From Sminthopsis crassicaudata (lineage: Eukaryota), in NCBI RefSeq assembly GCF_048593235.1, contig NC_133617.1, positions 612,726,958 to 612,790,957 on the forward strand: 64,000 bases of DNA, given 5' to 3'. Positions 62,380 to 64,000 of the stretch are shown piece after piece; the stretch's first letter is position 1; every line of letters starts with the position of its first letter. A program made the translations under genes and the position numbers. The notes beneath the pieces were generated by a model. It did no database searches and was not told where the DNA came from. It worked only from the letters and a program-made list of their open reading frames with translations.

Positions 62380-64000
62380 TTATCTTTTAATAATGTCTTC
62401 TGATTTTTTTTGTTTTTAATTACCTCTTTATTTTTCTCTTCATTCCTATGTTTATATTTCAAACTTTCTATTCACTTCTGGTGTTTGCATCACGAATTTT
62501 TAGAGGAGCTCTACTTCTCCCAAAATCCTTTTTCTCCTTTCTCCCAATATCAAATATTATATTCATTTTTGCTTGTTAAGTTACTCATTAGAAACCTACA
62601 TTCTTTGCTATTTTTTCTTTTTTGGGGGAGTGAGGTGAGAAAAGGGAAAGATACTGTATTCCAAGTTCTCCACTCCAAGTGGTAGCTTTTAAATTTTATA
62701 CAATCCTGATTGTGGTTTCTTAGTACTTTAACCTGGAAACTCTGGATCATGCTATGATATTTCTGAGAATTTTTATTTTGGGGTTTCATTTTAGGAGGTA
62801 TCCAGTGTCTTCTTTCTATTTTCATTTTATATTCTTGTTTAATGGTTTTGAGCAGTTTTATTTCATGATTCCTTAAAATAATATTTATCATAATATATTA
62901 TTAATAAATAGCATTCTCATATTCAGGTTTGCTCTCTCTCTCTCAGCTTGTTCATAACTCTCATGTAATTCCACAGTTCTTAAATTATCTCTCCTCAACT
63001 TGTTTTCCAGATAATTTTTTTGATAAAACATCTTCTTCCATTAAAAAAAAACTGATTTTGTCTCAATATTTCTCTTATCTCATTGATTCAATAAATTATA
63101 TTTGTCTATTTTCATTTTTATGAAGCATTTTTAGTTGGATAAGTACTTTACTTGGACATACTTTTTGTGTTAAATTATTAGTTTTGTTTTTGTGTTAAAT
63201 TGTTAGTCTTTCTTCCATACCTCATTCCTTTTCCTTGGATTTATATGTGAATTTTAGCACTCCAAATTTCACTGATGCTGTCTTTTCAAATGATTTTAAA
63301 ATATCTTAATTTCTTCTAAGAATTTTAATTGTTTTTATGCAAAGTCTGAGTTTTTCTTATAGATATTTTGGAATTATTATCTTATTTTGAGTTTAGCTCT
63401 TAGGAATCCTTAGCACAATGATAGCTCCTTATTATGAGTCTTTTAAAAATTTATTCATTATTATAGCCTCATCTCCTAGACTGAGACTTTGTGTTAAGGA
63501 AAGGATCTTTACCCTTCTGCAAAGAATATCATTTTTTCTTTGTATTGTCTGAGGTTCTGCTGTTATTCTTTTTAAATATTGAGTTCTATGGCCTTTCTGT
63601 ATCACAAAGGTGACATGAACCAAAAAGCTAAAAACTCTTAATGGGCCTTAAACAGTCTGAGTTAGTGAACTGATTGATTGCTATATTATAAGACTTTCTA
63701 GGCTCCCAGACTTAGTTTGGGTTTAAACAACATAAATTCAGATGTTCTTGAGTGGAGTTCCATTGATACTAGTTAACCCCTGATCTTATCAGTTAGCTGA
63801 AAGATTCTGCAGGTCAGTTCCTAGGGATTGAATCTGTGATCTCACTCTGGAATCAAAGCACTAAAGCTTTGTAAATCCTTTTCCCATAGATGATGAGGTC
63901 ATTTGAAGTTCTGATAAATTTGCCTTTTTAGAATAGAAAAAAAAATATCTACTACTATTTCTCCTTAGATTTCTAGATCATTGATTAGTCTGATGTTATT
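62380..64000 (-). mobile_element. Old L1/HAL1 ORF1 and 5' region, antisense, running off the window end
   Basis: ORF 62550-62891 is degenerate ORF1 (IIL..HEIKLLK...ERRHWIPPKMKP). The downstream sequence resembles 12400-12900. Confidence 0.65.

Noticed and set aside
143-63623. Most short ORFs in the supplied track
   Set aside because: They are 60-146 aa with F/L/I/Y- or K/N-biased composition typical of AT-rich DNA, and many fall in L1, L2 or microsatellites. None resembles a known protein except the L1 ORF pieces.
1-64000. CRISPR arrays, tRNA/rRNA genes, CpG-island promoter, non-retroviral endogenous viral element
   Set aside because: No spacer-repeat periodicity, cloverleaf or rRNA similarity, or CpG-rich island. 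No peptide recognisable as borna-, filo- or parvoviral. A tBLASTn against viral proteins would be needed to exclude very old EVEs.

Overview
This is AT-rich, CpG-depleted, repeat-dense mammalian DNA. The SINE/LINE content (WSINE1-type, MAR1-type with an RTE tail, MIR, L2, L3/CR1, marsupial L1) points to a dasyurid marsupial (dunnart, antechinus or devil type); this is an inference. There is no prokaryotic, CRISPR, rRNA or tRNA content. The only long ORF (10126-11097) is the ORF2 C-terminus of a very young 5'-truncated L1 with a perfect 17-bp target-site duplication (TSD). A young solo LTR with a perfect 6-bp TSD lies at 55498-55948. L1 fragments are strongly skewed to the minus strand, which suggests the window is intronic to a plus-strand gene. 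Four small plus-strand exon candidates with good splice sites chain in frame into a 69-codon peptide that I do not recognise. Other points of interest are a diverged ~325-bp local duplication, a twin-primed L1, an orphan AATAAA+poly(A) end, competing minus-strand exon candidates and motif clusters. Old repeat boundaries are approximate (tens of bp). Repeat family names come from recalled consensus similarity, not from a database search.
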